From assembly GCA_951406725.2 (NCBI GenBank), contig OX597819.1, positions 70,556,001 through 70,620,000 on the forward strand: a DNA stretch of 64,000 nucleotides, in the 5' to 3' direction. The position numbers were made by a program, and so were the translations under genes. Of this stretch, positions 39,205 to 54,939 are shown one piece after another; position 1 is the first letter of the stretch; the number at the start of each line of letters is the position of its first letter. Under the pieces are notes generated by a model that had not been told where the DNA came from, made no database searches, and saw only the letters and a program-made list of their open reading frames with translations. The DNA comes from Octopus vulgaris. Its lineage: Eukaryota.

Positions 39205-40516
39205 TCTTTTCTAATGTAAGCACAAGGCCTGGGGAGGGGGATAAACATAGAGGGGACAAACAAGGGCAGACAAAGGGATTAAGTCGATTACATTGACCCC
39301 AATGTGCAACTGGTACTCATTTAATCAACCCCGAAAGGATGAAAGGCAAAGTCAACCTTGGAAGAGTTTGAATTCAGAACATAAAGACAGACGAAATACC
39401 ACTAAGCATTTCGCCCGGCATGCTAACATTTCTGCTAGCTCGCTGCCTTAAAAGTATTTATTTCTTTATTACCCACAAGGGGCTAAACATAGAGGAGACA
39501 AACAAGGACAGACAAAGGGATTAAGTCAATTACATCGACCCCAGTCAATGTAATCGACTTATTTAATCGACCCCGAAAGGATGAAAGGCAAAGTCAAATG
39601 TAACAGCACCAGGGTGACGGACGAAGGGATAACATTAGACAATTTCAAATTTTGGCACAAAGCCAGCAATTCTAGGGGGAAGATGGTTAGCCAAATACAT
39701 CGACCCCAATACCTTCCAGTTATGACCATCTTGTCTTTCCAATGAATTCTTCTTTATTGTAGGCAGTAGCATGTAGTTTAGAGAAGATTTTATTGCTATT
39801 TCTAAACAGGTCAGACAACATGAAGTACAGTTTTCTTCAATGGCATGATACATCAATGTAGGTAGATATGGAATAAAAGAAAAGAAGAACTAAATAACTT
39901 TAAAAAAAAAAGAAAGGTTGAAAAGAAAGAAGAGAGAGAAGCAAATAGAGCACAAACCTAACAACATAAAGGGGACAAACAAGAACAGACAAATGAATTA
40001 AGTTGATTACATTGATCCCAATGCATAACTGGTACTTATTTTATCGACCACGAAAGGATAAGGCGACATTGGCAGAATTTGAACTCAGAACACAGGGCAG
40101 ACGAAATAATGCTAAGCATTTTGTCCGGTGTGCTAACGATTCTGCCAGCTCGCTGCCTTACATAGGTTAGTAATAAAGAAGTTATTTTGTTAAATTTTTT
40201 CATTATCTTTCAACATTAATTGAAATGAAGAGTATGCCAACATAATATGGTAAACAAAAGGGTTGCAATATTCTTTTAATAAAATATCTTCCTTGAAATG
40301 ATGGTTTCAAATTTTGGCCTAAGGCCAGCAGTTTTAGAGGTGGAACTAAATCAGTTACATCAAATCCAGCGTTCAATAGGAGCCTTATTTTATCAACTCC
40401 AAAAGGATGAAAAAGCGAAATCAACTTTAGTGGAATTTGATCTCAGAACATAAAGACTGAAGACATGCTGCTAACCAGTTTGTCCAGCATTCTAACGATT
40501 CTGCCAGCTCACTGCT
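39205..40516 (-). mobile_element. cluster of four or more family B SINE copies and fragments
   Basis: Repeated gaaaggatgaaaggcaaagtc / ctcagaac / ctgccagctc blocks. Confidence 0.75.
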
Positions 40517-41705
40517 TAAAGACTGTGAAATAATGTGAAAAGATGATATTTGGTTTATATGAATGAATATAGAGCTATATTGACTTGAATATATTGCTAT
40601 ATTGACTGGGTTAGAAAATCAATAACAGACTATAGGAAATCTAGTTGGAAATCAATACCAGACTATGAGAAATAAATTAATCCAGTGATTCTCCTGGGTA
40701 GGAGAAGAGCTGTGAGGATTGATTAGAAGGATGGATGGATTGTGCATGTTTAAGTAAAATTGAGGGTTTCCAAGTTTTGAGATTTATTGAATATTTTGGA
40801 GGAGAAATAAAAATTAAAAGGATGCAAACTTCATTTTATTTTCTCATTAATAAAAATGTCGAAGGCAGCTAAACTGGCAGAACTATTAGTGTCAGACAAA
40901 AATGACTAGCAGTATTTCTTACAAATAATATTCTGAGTTCAAGTTCCACCACACAGCTTTGCCTTTCATCCTTTGTGGGGTTGATAAAATAAGTACCAGT
41001 TGAATTGGGGTTTTTTTAGGGGGCGGTCGGTCAATGTAATCAACTTACCTTTTCTCCTAAAATTGCTGACTTTTTATTAATATTTGAAACAGTTTAATAA
41101 AGAGGGAGAGAGATAAAGATGCAAAAAAAAAAATGACTGGGGTGGGGATGGATGTTGTCATTTGTCCATTTGAGGATCAATGAATTTGTATTGTTGACTC
41201 GTTCCATTGTGTTTGTGTCTACAAGACAGCATGCTTCTGGTTTAGAGTGACAAATTGAATGTGGAAAATTATCACAGACAATTAACATTAGAATTTTGAA
41301 AAAAGTAATGGAATAATATTCAAAATTGTAATCCATGTATTTAAAAATGGTATTTCCCCAAAAGAATTTCAAAAAAGTTAAAACTAAAATATTAGAGGAA
41401 GGAGTTTAAAAATTTGAAAGGCTGTTTTATTTTATTTTTATTCCCTTTTCCCTTCTTATTTATTCATTTATTTATTTTTTGCAAAATCATAATCTGTTGT
41501 TGCAAACATAGTAATATAGAGACACTTTTGCAAATAGATAAATAAGGCAAAGTCATAGCTGTGTGATTAAGAGGTTTATTTTGCAAGTACAGGATTCTAG
41601 GTTCAGTCCCACTTGCATGACATATTGGGTAAGAGCCTTCTACTATAACCCCTGGCCAACCAATCAATGCCTTGTGAACTTTGTTGACAGAAACTGTGAG
41701 GAAAC

Positions 41706-41759
<54 letters not shown>

Positions 41760-41931
41760 TAACAGAGTAAGCAAGTAAGTGGGAAACAAGGTGGGAAAAA
41801 ATTGTACTCGAATACTGGAGGTAGAATTATATGCTTTATTATCAAAACTGCAAAAACATCACAAAAATATCACAAAAGACTGCAACTCAGAGTTCCATGT
41901 TCTTGTTCGTTGGACAGTTGTGATTATATAT

Positions 41932-42125
41932 CCGTCAAAACTTCCATGCTTTTTGAAATTTGTCAACAGTACACCTGATGCTCAATCACCCCTGTTTCTT
42001 CATCCTTTTTTTGCTTTTAAAACTTTTTCCCTGTTCACTTCCTGTGCACATTCTCTGCACTGTTCATGCAGTTTTGATAATGTTTTCTGAAAAGTTGAAG
42101 TGCACCTGAGAACTGTGTACACAAA
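41932..42125 (+). mobile_element. 3' fragment of the same CR1-like LINE family
   Basis: tcaaaacttccatgct...acacctgatg...ctgttcacttcctgtgcaca matches the reverse complement of about 24080-24240. Confidence 0.75.
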
Positions 42126-42760
42126 GTGCATTATATATATTTATAAGGTGCAAAACTGTTTGACCCTCTGGACAATAACTGATAGGGATTTGGTGACCTT
42201 CTGTATCTGTTTACCATTTGTTTGTGCATTTATTATAGGCTTTTTTAACTTATTAATTAATGGAGTGCTATGTACCCTTAATTTTATTTACAGTAAGTAT
42301 TTATATATATAGTGAGAATTTACAAAAAAGCAAAAGGTCAAAGACGGGTGTGTCGACAACAAACAGATGTATTAGTTTAATGCTCAGGAAGTGAGAAAGT
42401 CTTTTACATTTCAAGCCTACACTCTTCAACAGAAAGGAACACAGAAATAAACAAGGAGAGAAAATAGAAAAAGGTTTAGTGGCTAGCAATCTATCATGGT
42501 GAATGCTGGACAGAGGAGTCACACAGGAGAGATAATAAAGTAGTGGTGATCCTAAAACAAAGGTATGCGTACGTGTGTATGTGAGAGCATGTATGTGCGT
42601 GTGGAAGGGGGCTGGTGACATTGACGTGTGTGTGTGTAGGTGTGTGGATAATGATGTAGGTGCTGGGAAGTGGTCAGTGCTAATGTCTGCAGGGTGGTAT
42701 AACGTGGTGTGGTGTGGTATGGTGGTGTGGTGGTGTGGTGTGGGTGGTGTGGTGTGGTGG

Positions 42761-42796
<36 letters not shown>

Positions 42797-42810
42797 TACA
42801 TACATGCACA

Positions 42811-43527
42811 CAGAGTGATGGGTAAATTGTCACCATTTTATATTTTTAATTTTGCACACGTGAATTGTTTGTTTTTGATTTTGTCAACTACACAGTATAG
42901 TAGGGCCAGCTGGGCACCATCTGTAAGAAAAACAGCACCATGATGCAATTCACTCTGCCAGAAATTTGGCAATGATATGCTGTATCGTTTGGCATTTGTG
43001 CCAGAAGCTCCAATATGAACATTTCAGAGTGTTTGGGTGTCAGTCTGACGATAGTGCAATCTGAGGACATGTACCAAGAGTGATAAAAATCCAACACCCA
43101 GTCAACATCATAGTGTTTGGAGTGATCACTAGTGATGGCGACATTGTGCCTCCATTCATCTTCCTACACTGCCTCAGACTCAACATGGAGGCCTACATCA
43201 AGTGCCTGGTGCAGGTAGTGCTGCCCTGAGTCAAGAAGGTGGCAGCTGGAAGACCCTATGTCTGGCAACAGGACTTTGCACCATGCCACAGAAGCAGGAG
43301 AATCCAGTCATAGCTATCACCCCTAAGATCTGGCCACCTAACTCCCCAGACTGCAACACCCTTGATTGTTATGTGTGGGATGCAGTTGAGCGAGAGACCA
43401 ACAAAACTCCTCATAACACCAAAAATGAAATAAAGCAAGGATTACGGCAGTATTCACCACCTTAAACAAAGAAACCGTCCAGAAGAGTTGCAAGAAATTC
43501 CAAAATTGTCTGGAGGGTGATGTTGAG
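42811..43527 (+). mobile_element. internally deleted Tc1/mariner-superfamily (maT/DD37D-like) transposon
   Basis: VFGVITSDGDIVPPFIF, YVWQQDFAPCH and WPPNSPDCNTLDCYVW catalytic-domain motifs. Confidence 0.8.
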
Positions 43528-43889
43528 AAGGAGAGCACTTTGTTCTCATGTGTTTATTCCTTCTCTACCTGAGGTTACTGTAGTCTTTTCCATAGGCTTT
43601 TCCACGGATAAACCTAATCTTGCTTCTTACATTTTAAACATTCTTCAGTGATACACGGTCCCTTTTGGTCATCTTCCCCCCCCCCCGATCCCTTTTGATC
43701 GAAATTTTACCTTTTATTTCTCATTTTTTCCCCTTTTTCTTTTTCATTTTCGAAAAGAAACGCTCTACATTTGTATTTGTCCCCTCTATGTTCAGCCTTG
43801 TGTGGCCAATAAAGAAAGTTATCTATCTATCTGTCTATCTATCTCTCTCTCTGTATGTATATACATACATACATACATATATACATACA

Positions 43890-43921
<32 letters not shown>

Positions 43922-43922
43922 C

Positions 43923-44385
43923 TTTATTTAAAAGCAGCAGAAATATAACAAAATCTGTTACTCAGAGTTTCACGTTCCTATTCGTCGGACAGTTTTGTTA
44001 AAATAGAACAGAAATAACAGTTTGATCAAAACTAGTTGAAGGATACACCTTTAAAAATGGATTTGTTTCATTGGTCCTTTCAAATAACAGTCTTAAGCAT
44101 GCGATAAACAAAAATAAACAAAATAAATGAATTCAATATAAATTATAAAAAAACAGAGGAAAAACCTTAAATCGAAGAGCGAATTCACAATACATACTGT
44201 CATTAATTATATAGAAAATAATTATATAGAAAATAATTATATAGAAAATGACAAAGGGGAACGTGAAACACTGAGTAACAGATTTTGTTATATTTCTGCT
44301 GCTTTTAAATAAAGCATATTACTCTACCTCTAGTATTTGAGTACTCTTTTTTCCACCTTGTTTCACATTTATGTGCTTACTCCGA
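43923..44385. mobile_element. Penelope-like terminal-repeat remnant with inverted repeat and variant hammerhead
   Basis: 43923-43978 is repeated in inverted orientation at about 44258-44315. Variant hammerhead at 43992-43955 on the minus strand. Homologous copy at about 41762-41925. Confidence 0.6.
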
Positions 44386-44394
44386 TATACATAC

Positions 44395-44475
<81 letters not shown>

Positions 44476-45007
44476 CCCCCCCACACACATATATTTCTAT
44501 ACATGTCTGTATGTGCCTTTATGTTTGTCCCCCACATCTTACTTGACAATCAGTGTCAGCAAACTAGTGAAAGATACTAACAGGATAAGCAAAAAGCTTC
44601 AAAATAAATTAAATACTGGACTTGATTAAAATAAATAATACAAAAATAAAAGTGGGTGAGCGTCTAACAAATCGACATGACTGCCTGGGCATTTTGGAAT
44701 AGCATCAATATTTCCAGCTTCAATTTGTGATCACAGACCAATGGTCAGTGATATAGCAAGAGACAGGGCTGTGATATGCCCCCTCCCCACATGGCTGCAA
44801 AATTTCCCCTAGTGTGTCATGCCTATTAATTAAGTTGGGGATGCCAAAGGTGTCTTTATTCCATCCCCTCACCCCGTTCCACCTCTGGGCATTGAAAATC
44901 CATGCCTTTGAACTCCAGGCTATCAGGTAGGATGGGGTCTGTAGGCAGTTTTGATGCTGCTATTTCTTCCAGGCTGAAGGACCACATCAGGTTCCATCAT
45001 TTCAGTA

Positions 45008-45393
45008 TCTTTTACTTATTTTGTTAGTTTGACTGTGGCCATGCTGGGGCACCACCTTCAGGAATTTTAGTTGAATGAATCAACTCTCTAGGACTCCTTT
45101 TATTTCAAAGCATGGTAGTTACTCTATTGGCCTCTTTTGCCAAACCGTTAAGTTATGGGGACATAAACAAAGTAACAAGGGTCATCAAGCAGTGGTGATG
45201 GGACAAACACACACACACACACTCATATTTACATATACAATGAGCTTCTTTCAGTTTCCATCTACCAAATCCACTCACAAGGCTTTGGTTGGCCTGGGAC
45301 TATAGCAGAAGACACTTGCCCAAGGTGCCATGTGGTGGGACTGAACCCAGAACCATATGGTTGGGAAGCAAGCTACTTATCACAGCCACACCC
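45008..45393 (-). mobile_element. SINE family A
   Basis: Reverse complement of the family A sequence. Confidence 0.8.
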
Positions 45394-46099
45394 GTATGTG
45401 TACGTATACGTCTATGTATATGTGTATGCATGTGTATGTGTGAGTATAAGTATGTGTATATGTATGTGTGTGTGTTGATGATGAAGATGGATATAGTGAC
45501 GACGACAACGACGACGGTGATGGTGACAACGATGATAATGATGACGTTGATGAAGACGGCGATATGATGATGATGATGATGATGATGACGATGATGACGA
45601 CGATGATAACGACGACATGATGGCGATGACGATGACAATATCGACATTGATCCTCCGTTGTCTTTCCACCATATCCAATAGGTAATCAGGTGTTTTGTTT
45701 TTTTTTAAACATTTTCTTAACGGCTTCACTCAATGACTGCTTGCATAAACGATGTAGTTGGCCGCGAACTACTCCATCGAACTCACACACATTGGAGTTT
45801 CTCTTTCATTTTCCTCTACAAACGTGTTTCTTTCCTACTACTCTTTCCTTTTTTCTCTTCTTCTGACAATAGTTCCGCCCCCTCCCACAACCACCCTGTT
45901 TTACTGTACATAGTAGCACTTGTCTTTTTCACCCCTCTCCCCAACCCTGGTGATGGTGGTAGTGTCGGTGGCGATGAAGAAATACAAATAAATGCAGTTT
46001 TATTAATAAATCCCGAGATGGAATCGTTCTTAGATTTAATATATTAAATTGCGAGAGGAAACAAATTCACTTTCTTTCTCCTTTGCATTCATTCATTCT

Positions 46100-46433
46100 C
46101 TTTTCCCTTTTCTTACTTGCGTCACCTGAATTTCTACAATCGCGCGTTCGAATCACTATTCAACCAATCAGGAACCGAGCTGGGTGTTTTTCCTCCCTCT
46201 TCTTCCCCAATTAGCTAATCAGGTAGATAAAAGAGAGAGAGAGTCGCGCATATTGTGGATCAATTCAGAAACGGTACCCGTGGTCATATCGCTTACATAG
46301 CAGCAGCAGTCTCACAACGGTACATTACATCTCCGTGAGCAAAGCTAGAGAGACTTGTTTTGGCATCTCTGTTGCTGCCGTAAATAACACCACAACACTT
46401 GGAAAGCCTCAGATTTTCTCAAAGTGAAGAACC
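46100..46433 (+). promoter_or_regulatory. alpha-tubulin promoter/5'UTR, CpG-retaining, with CCAAT box
   Basis: AACCAATCAG (NF-Y-like, CCAAT at 46164-46168) and several CGCG motifs directly upstream of the ATG. The TSS cannot be determined. Confidence 0.6.
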
Positions 46434-46436
46434 ATG
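46434..46436 (+). CDS. TUBA: alpha-tubulin exon 1 (ATG only, followed by phase-0 intron)
   Basis: acc ATG|gtaagt is a consensus donor. An intron directly after the start codon is the conserved metazoan alpha-tubulin arrangement. Splicing to 47000 gives MRECISVH. Confidence 0.92.
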
Positions 46437-46963
46437 GTAAGTTCGATTCTTAAAACACTTTTATTTCAGAGACCACTGCTATTATTTCAAAGAAATCAAT
46501 ATTATTAAACAGAAAAGGATTAATTTTATAATTTAAAAATAAAAATAAGAGGGCGCGCTAGAATTTAAAGGTAGAAATAAAAGGGAGTGCTATAATTTAA
46601 AAATAAAAAGCTAGTGGAAGATGGTTCAGTTTCATTTTCAAAATCGAACCCACATCAGGAAATTGTAAGTGTTGTACCTGTGTTAAAAATGTTTGCGCGC
46701 TAATTTCCCAAGAGATTTTTTAAACTGTTAGAAATTATTGTGCAGATGGAGGCAGTGGCTTGTCGCAGACATATAGAGAGAAAACAAAAAATTCTTTGCT
46801 GTATTTAGATTTATGTTCTGAGCTCAAATCCCGACGAGGATCACTTCTCAGTTTCAATAATAAAATATGCCCTAGTAAATAAATACCATGATTTATGTAA
46901 CCCCTTTTAAACTCTTGAATCCTACGTAATTTTTTTTAAGCGTAATATAATCGTTATACTTAG

Positions 46964-47365
<402 letters not shown>

Positions 47366-50300
47366 TAAATTGGTTCTAATTGTGTTTCTAGTCTGAACGT
47401 ATCTTGGTTTTCACGGAATTGTAATCTCAAAATGTGAACAATTCAAATGTTTTGAAGTTAAAAATCTCGCGAAAACAGCAGATTAAGCTTTGTTTTGGTA
47501 TGGAACTCTATCAATATTTAAATTGGTATCATTCTACCAAATCAACTACAGCTGGATGTTTGCCAATCGATAAGACTATATTACAAGTCTATCTTCGTAA
47601 CACTAGAAATTCCTGCAACTAATCGAATAATTTATGTTAATTTTTGGTTTTCAGTTCTTTCTACAAGTGCAGCTTTCATTTCAATACAACAGCGAAAACT
47701 CCGTTCTTTTATAAATTTCTTAAGCTGATTAATTCTAATTAGAGTAAATCAAAGTAATGAATTAAATTACGAAAATGGACGGTTCCTATGTCATTCATTC
47801 ATTCTCGCCCTCTTTTTTTTTTCTGACATGTCCAACATTGTCGGAATTTTAACTTGCATATTTGAAAGCCTAGACAACAACCTGTCTGTACATTTTCACT
47901 TAGAAAGCCTACTTGCATATCGATTATATATTATCGGGGGAGGGGGTCCGTTCTGCTTTTCATCTCAGATTGATAAAATTAATTACACTGGAAGGTTTCG
48001 AGCCCTCCACCCCAACTCGCATCTTCAATTTTTTTTTTAAACATAAAAGTCGGTACTTTATTTTTCTACAGAAATATTACTTGTGCATTTGTCAGCCGTA
48101 ATGCAATTATCTAAAACTACCTGTAATAAAACTGTCTCTTTTCTTGAAACAATGGATATCGTTTCTCAAATGTCAGGTTGGCCTTTATCTTTCCACTAAT
48201 CATACTGTATAATATACACTGCCGTATTATTTACTACTACAGTACTAATATACCAGACTACACACACAACCGTCTTATCCTTAAAGATATGTTTACGTAA
48301 TTCTTTTTTAAAAGCAATTTTTTTCAGTTTCTTACAAAACTTCGTGACAATTTCTCTTTATAAAGAATTATTTATCGTTATTAAAGATTTGGAATGATTC
48401 AATTCTCAAAGTAGTCGTCTCCTCCATCCCTCCTTTCGGTATCATTGTCACTATTTTAGACTTGGTGATATTCCAAAACGGTGAGCTAAACAAAGTAAGT
48501 TAAAATAAGATCGCGACTTTTAATATATTAACTAAAATACTTTTCTGTAAGCAAAATTATTTATAGGTTAAATTATAACCTTAGTACATTCCTCCCCCCC
48601 ATCACTTTTCTGACACGGAGAGCCTCAATTCTTAAAATTTTTTTTATTAGCTTCGTAGGGGAAAATGCTTAGTGCAATTTCGTCCGCCTTTACGTTCTAA
48701 TTTCACCGACACTGATTGCCTTTCATCCTTTCGAGGTCGATAAATAAAGTACCAGTTGAACGCTGAGGTCGATGTTATCGACTTACCTACTTCCTGAAGT
48801 TGCTGACCTTGTGCTAAAATTTGATCCCAACCTTTTTTTTCTATTCACTCTAAAATGCGTCGCGATGACCAACTACTCTTGATATTAGGCTGCAAAACAA
48901 AAAACCCCTTGACACTTAAATTCACACTTCATATATAAAATGGCTACTGCGAAGGCACAGCAGTTTCTACACTGTGCAGCAGAAGAACTGCATATTTATA
49001 TGGGCATTGGTGTAGTGTTAGGGAAGTTGGTCAGCTGGTCAGTGGCTTCATGTAGCCAACGTTTTTACCGTTTCCTCCACTTACCTGGATGTGAATCACT
49101 GTAAACTGCGTTTACTGCTGAAATTTTTGGCAACCTGTAAAACGTGGGTTACTTTCTTTTCTCTCTCTTAAATGAACCCTATACAATTCTAGCTTTGGTA
49201 GCAGCAGCGCTAAGTTTTGGAATTCTCTATAAATTAGACAGGAAATGACTTCATAGCAGTTATTAAATCCCCACTGTGGCACCTGATGACTCTTACTGGA
49301 GCCATTGGTACAAAACATGTGAATATTTGAAGGGGAAGACTACTCTGTAAATACAGCAGTTCAATTATCAGCTGATTGTCATTTATACATCTGCCCCGTT
49401 AGAAAAATATGGGCTTCCTAAGAATTTTTGACATTTAGAACTAGTAGATTTAGAATGTTTTAAAAATTGATTTTTATATCATGAATTTGTAAGGAAATGG
49501 CTTAAGGTTTCAAATCTGATTCTCTCTGACATGAGTGTCTGCAGCTTGGGGCAGAGCTGCACACAGTATTTTTGTTGGCTACACCTGCAGTAATTTGGCC
49601 ATGATAGTTGGAACTAAAGATGTGCAGTTTGTCTACCTAATTCCTTCACAAAAACCTTGGTAAAAATCAAGGCTATGATAGGTAACTATCTTACCTAGAG
49701 TACCTATCTGAGGTTGAATCTGTTTCCTTGCGGTTATCAAACAAAAATTCTTAAATAAGATTAACCTTTCTTTTGAAATGATTTCTTTAAATGTTTTTTA
49801 TTAGGTGTTACATAATTTGGCAGCTAATTTAAACTTTGTGTAGTCTCTGGATTTGAAAACTGAATCATTAATAATTCTTGAAATGGCATCTAACTTAAAA
49901 TTTTACAATGTATGAGTCTCATGATTTTCTTTTGAAGTGTACAGGATTTGGACAAAAGAGTCACTAGAAATGAAATAGGGTTTTTTATTTTTTTAAAAAA
50001 ATTTTTTTTTTTACTTAAATTTCAGAAGAATGGAAAGACTATTTTAAACTACATAATCTTCCAATAATACCTTGCAGTATGAGTTTCATTTGTTCCATGA
50101 CCGAGCTCTTACGATTTACTTTTACAACTCAATTTCCCCCCATTGAGATTAACTGAAATATAATTAATCTGTTCCAGTCCACCAAAACCACTCAAAAATA
50201 TTTATGGATTTTAAAATGTAAAGTGTGTAGTTACAAGTAAAATGACAATTATAAGAGAGAATGCAAAATAAATATGTAAACTGGTTTTATTAACTGAATT

Positions 50301-51149
50301 ACATTAAAGATGGGATGATTTGTGCTTGCATTGAGGATTTCCACTTGTACTTAAACACAAAAATTTGCACGAGTCTGGGGTTGTACACCAAATTACTCGT
50401 ACAATGGAGCACTTGTACTGTGAAGTTCTATTGTCCATAGTTTACGAAATCCTAAGTTCAGGCATGGTTATGTGGTTAAGAAGCTTGCTTAGCAACCACA
50501 TGGTTTTGGGTGGAGTCCCACTGTGCAGAAGCATAACACGCCTAGCTGATCCTACCTTCGCTAGTGTTGGTTTGTTTGTCCCCATGACTTAGCAGCTTGG
50601 CAAGAGACCAATAGAGTGTGTACCTGACTTAGAAATAAACACTGGTAATGATTATTTCAATTAAACACTTTAAAGCAGTGCCCCAGCATGGTCTTAGTCC
50701 AATGACTGAAACTAGTAAAAGGTGCATCGATAGAACTTCATTTTTAACATCCACTTCTCCATGTTGGCATGGACTGGTTTATGTTCGAGGCGGATTTTCT
50801 ACAACCAGGCACCCTTCCTTCTGCCAACCTTCATCCTTTTCCATATAAGGTATTTTCCTGTGGCCTGACATATTGGAAATGACACAATTCGTATGACTGT
50901 GACTCAGTCATTTCATGTGACCTCATGGAATGTCATAGCAAACATGCGTATGCACACATGTAGACAAACACAACCGGCTTCTTTCAGTTTGTCCACCAAA
51001 TCCACTCTCAAGGTTTTGGTTGGCCCAAGACTGTAATAGAAGACATTTCCCCAAGTGTTATGGAAGGGAAAACAGACAACCACACTTATATCCTTTTTTA
51101 TAAAAGTTAATGTTTTTGTGTAAATTTAATTTTTTAAACTAGATCTTAA

Positions 51150-52304
<1,155 letters not shown>

Positions 52305-52428
52305 TTTTAAAAGAAACTATAAACCGAAACAAAACATATTTTATGAACACTATTTTGTAATTATACTGTATAGTTCGACTAATTTTTGCTGTTCATATGT
52401 TTTAACTGTATATTTATCCAGATGTTCT

Positions 52429-52434
52429 AATAAA
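52429..52434 (+). terminator. polyadenylation signal of alpha-tubulin
   Basis: AATAAA about 125 nt after the stop codon, followed by T/GT-rich sequence (gtttttgttt). Confidence 0.7.
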
Positions 52435-54939
52435 ATGTATATTCAATTTTAATGTGCAACAGTTTTTGTTTCATTGAAATTTTATATAATCTGAAAAATT
52501 AATGAGTAAGGAAAGTTTTCACTAAAACTCCACCCACCTAGGTATTAAAAATTTCTCTTGCACCCTGAATAATTAAAATGTAATGGTTACAAGTTTGCCA
52601 AATGTATCCAACCAATTTATGCTAAAAACGTTATTTAAGAACTCAAAACGAAACAGTTTAATTAAATTAGTTGATTATTTACATTTAATGACAAAAGTAT
52701 ATCTAGGTAGGACCTATTGGTTAAATATTAATTTTGCAACCATATTGTGTGGTTACGAAGCTTGTTCCCAACCATGTGGCTTTGGGTTCAGTCCTACTGC
52801 ACAACAGCAAAAGGGAGGTAAAACAAAATAATGCTAAAAAGAAGTCCCTTGAGATATTTGTTTCTTGAGATATTCCCTTGTTACTCAAGTGCATTGGCCT
52901 ATAAGGAACCTATCACAAATGACATACACACTACTTCCAAAAATAGAATCTTGGCTATTTTTTAACTCAGTTATTGAACCTTGGCCATGGAGCACTGCCT
53001 CAGAGGGGTCAGCTGAATAAATTGGCCCCAGTATGGATCTTTTTATGTCTGGCACCTATTCTATCAATCTCTTAGACTGCAAAACTGAGGATGTAAACAA
53101 ACCAACACCAGTCAAGTGGTGGTGAACAAAACTACACACACATCTATATATAGTGATGGTCTACAGTTTGTCTATCAAATTCACATACAAAGCATTGGTT
53201 GACCCAAGACTATGGTAAAACCCACTTGCCTAAGGTGTTGTGCAATGAGACAAACTTCTTAACCACACACTGATGCTTTGTTTTTGATTTTAACAGCTGT
53301 CCTACAACTTGAACCAGACTTTAATCAAATATATTCTTAAACTGGGAATCTATTTCAAATTCGGGATTACTTGTATATTAATAACTAAAGGATAAAACTT
53401 AAGTCTGACACTTTTAGTAAAACAGACAGACATGTAATAAATTGTTTGCACAGAGAACAGCAAGAGTTGAAACAATAACTTGCATGTTTATTAATGTTCT
53501 GACGGGTTCAAACATGACTACACTGATCACTGTTTGTCCCAGGACATTTCCCTAATTACAATGACTGTTTATAACACATTTAAGATTTGTGCAAGGGATT
53601 CTAGGACACCAGTTTTGACATGGCTCTTCAGGTGGAAGGCCCAAGACAGAAGAATCTAACTAGAACCAATAGTCTTGTTTAAAATTTCAGCAAACAGTTT
53701 ACTGATCTGTGCTGATATCTGCCAACTGAAAACAGATCTCTATTTGCAGGGTGAACAGTGGATTTGAAACAATGACTTGCATATTAAAAGAAAACCTTCA
53801 GGTACAATAGATCACATAATATACCATTTCTTTAATCTTTTAGTATTTAAATCAGCCATATTTAGTGAAACTATTGTTTTATATTCAAACCAGCAAGATC
53901 AGGCCTCTCACAACTACCCAACAATGTCGACCTAAAAATAAACATGCATTAATCTTGAAGCTACAAGATTAATATCATTAATTTAAAACAATGTAAGCGA
54001 ATAAGCATTACATTTGACTGAGTAATCTGAGTGCTTAAATCTTATTTTGCCTAAAATATTTAAAACCTTAATCTAATTTTATAAAGCCATTCATTAATAA
54101 GAGGAAACCTGTAAAGGGCAAGAACTTTTCTACAAAATTCATTGTTTTAATGTCCACTTTTCCATGCATTTGCTGATTGGATATAGTTTTATTCAGGATG
54201 CCTTTTACTTTCCATTTCTTTCTATATAAAAAAAAATTCATAAGTGTTTTCATTACTTTGAAATTTAGCCAGAAGGAAATTTTCTGTATGAAATAGAATT
54301 ATAATACAGAAAATGTAAGCAGATGTTTATAACAAGAGGGTATATATGTATTCACTCTCACTCTACACACCCAGACTTTCTCATTGTGTGTGCAGCATTC
54401 ATTGCCTGCTGCTAAGCTTAGTATGTACACTCATCCTGCACTTAAGTCTTTCTATATTTTTCTTGCTTTCTCTATACTATGTAAAGCATGACCGGAGAAA
54501 TTTAACAACCAAGCTACATTTATATTAGCTATTATTGCATGGAAGTAGTTTGGGATCATCATTTAACGTCTGCTTTCCATGCTAGCATGGGTTGGACAAT
54601 TTGACTGAGGTCTGGCAAACCAGACTCCAATCTGATCTGGTAGTTTCTACAGCTGGATGCCCTTCCTAACGCCAACCACTCAGTGTAGTGGGTGCTTTTA
54701 CGTGCCACATGCATTTGCTTTATTTAAGGTATTAAACTATCCAGTAGGATAGTTGATAGAGATCCACAATATGGAAAGGACAAATGCTATAAACTGTCAA
54801 TCTAATGTAATTTGCATTTAATCAATATCAAACAGATAAAAATTCACTGAAGAGGAAACTGTAAAGAGGTTTGATTTAAAAATTATGATTTAATAACAAA
54901 CTGATTGAGATGAAATAAGCAATCAATAACTAGTAGCTA

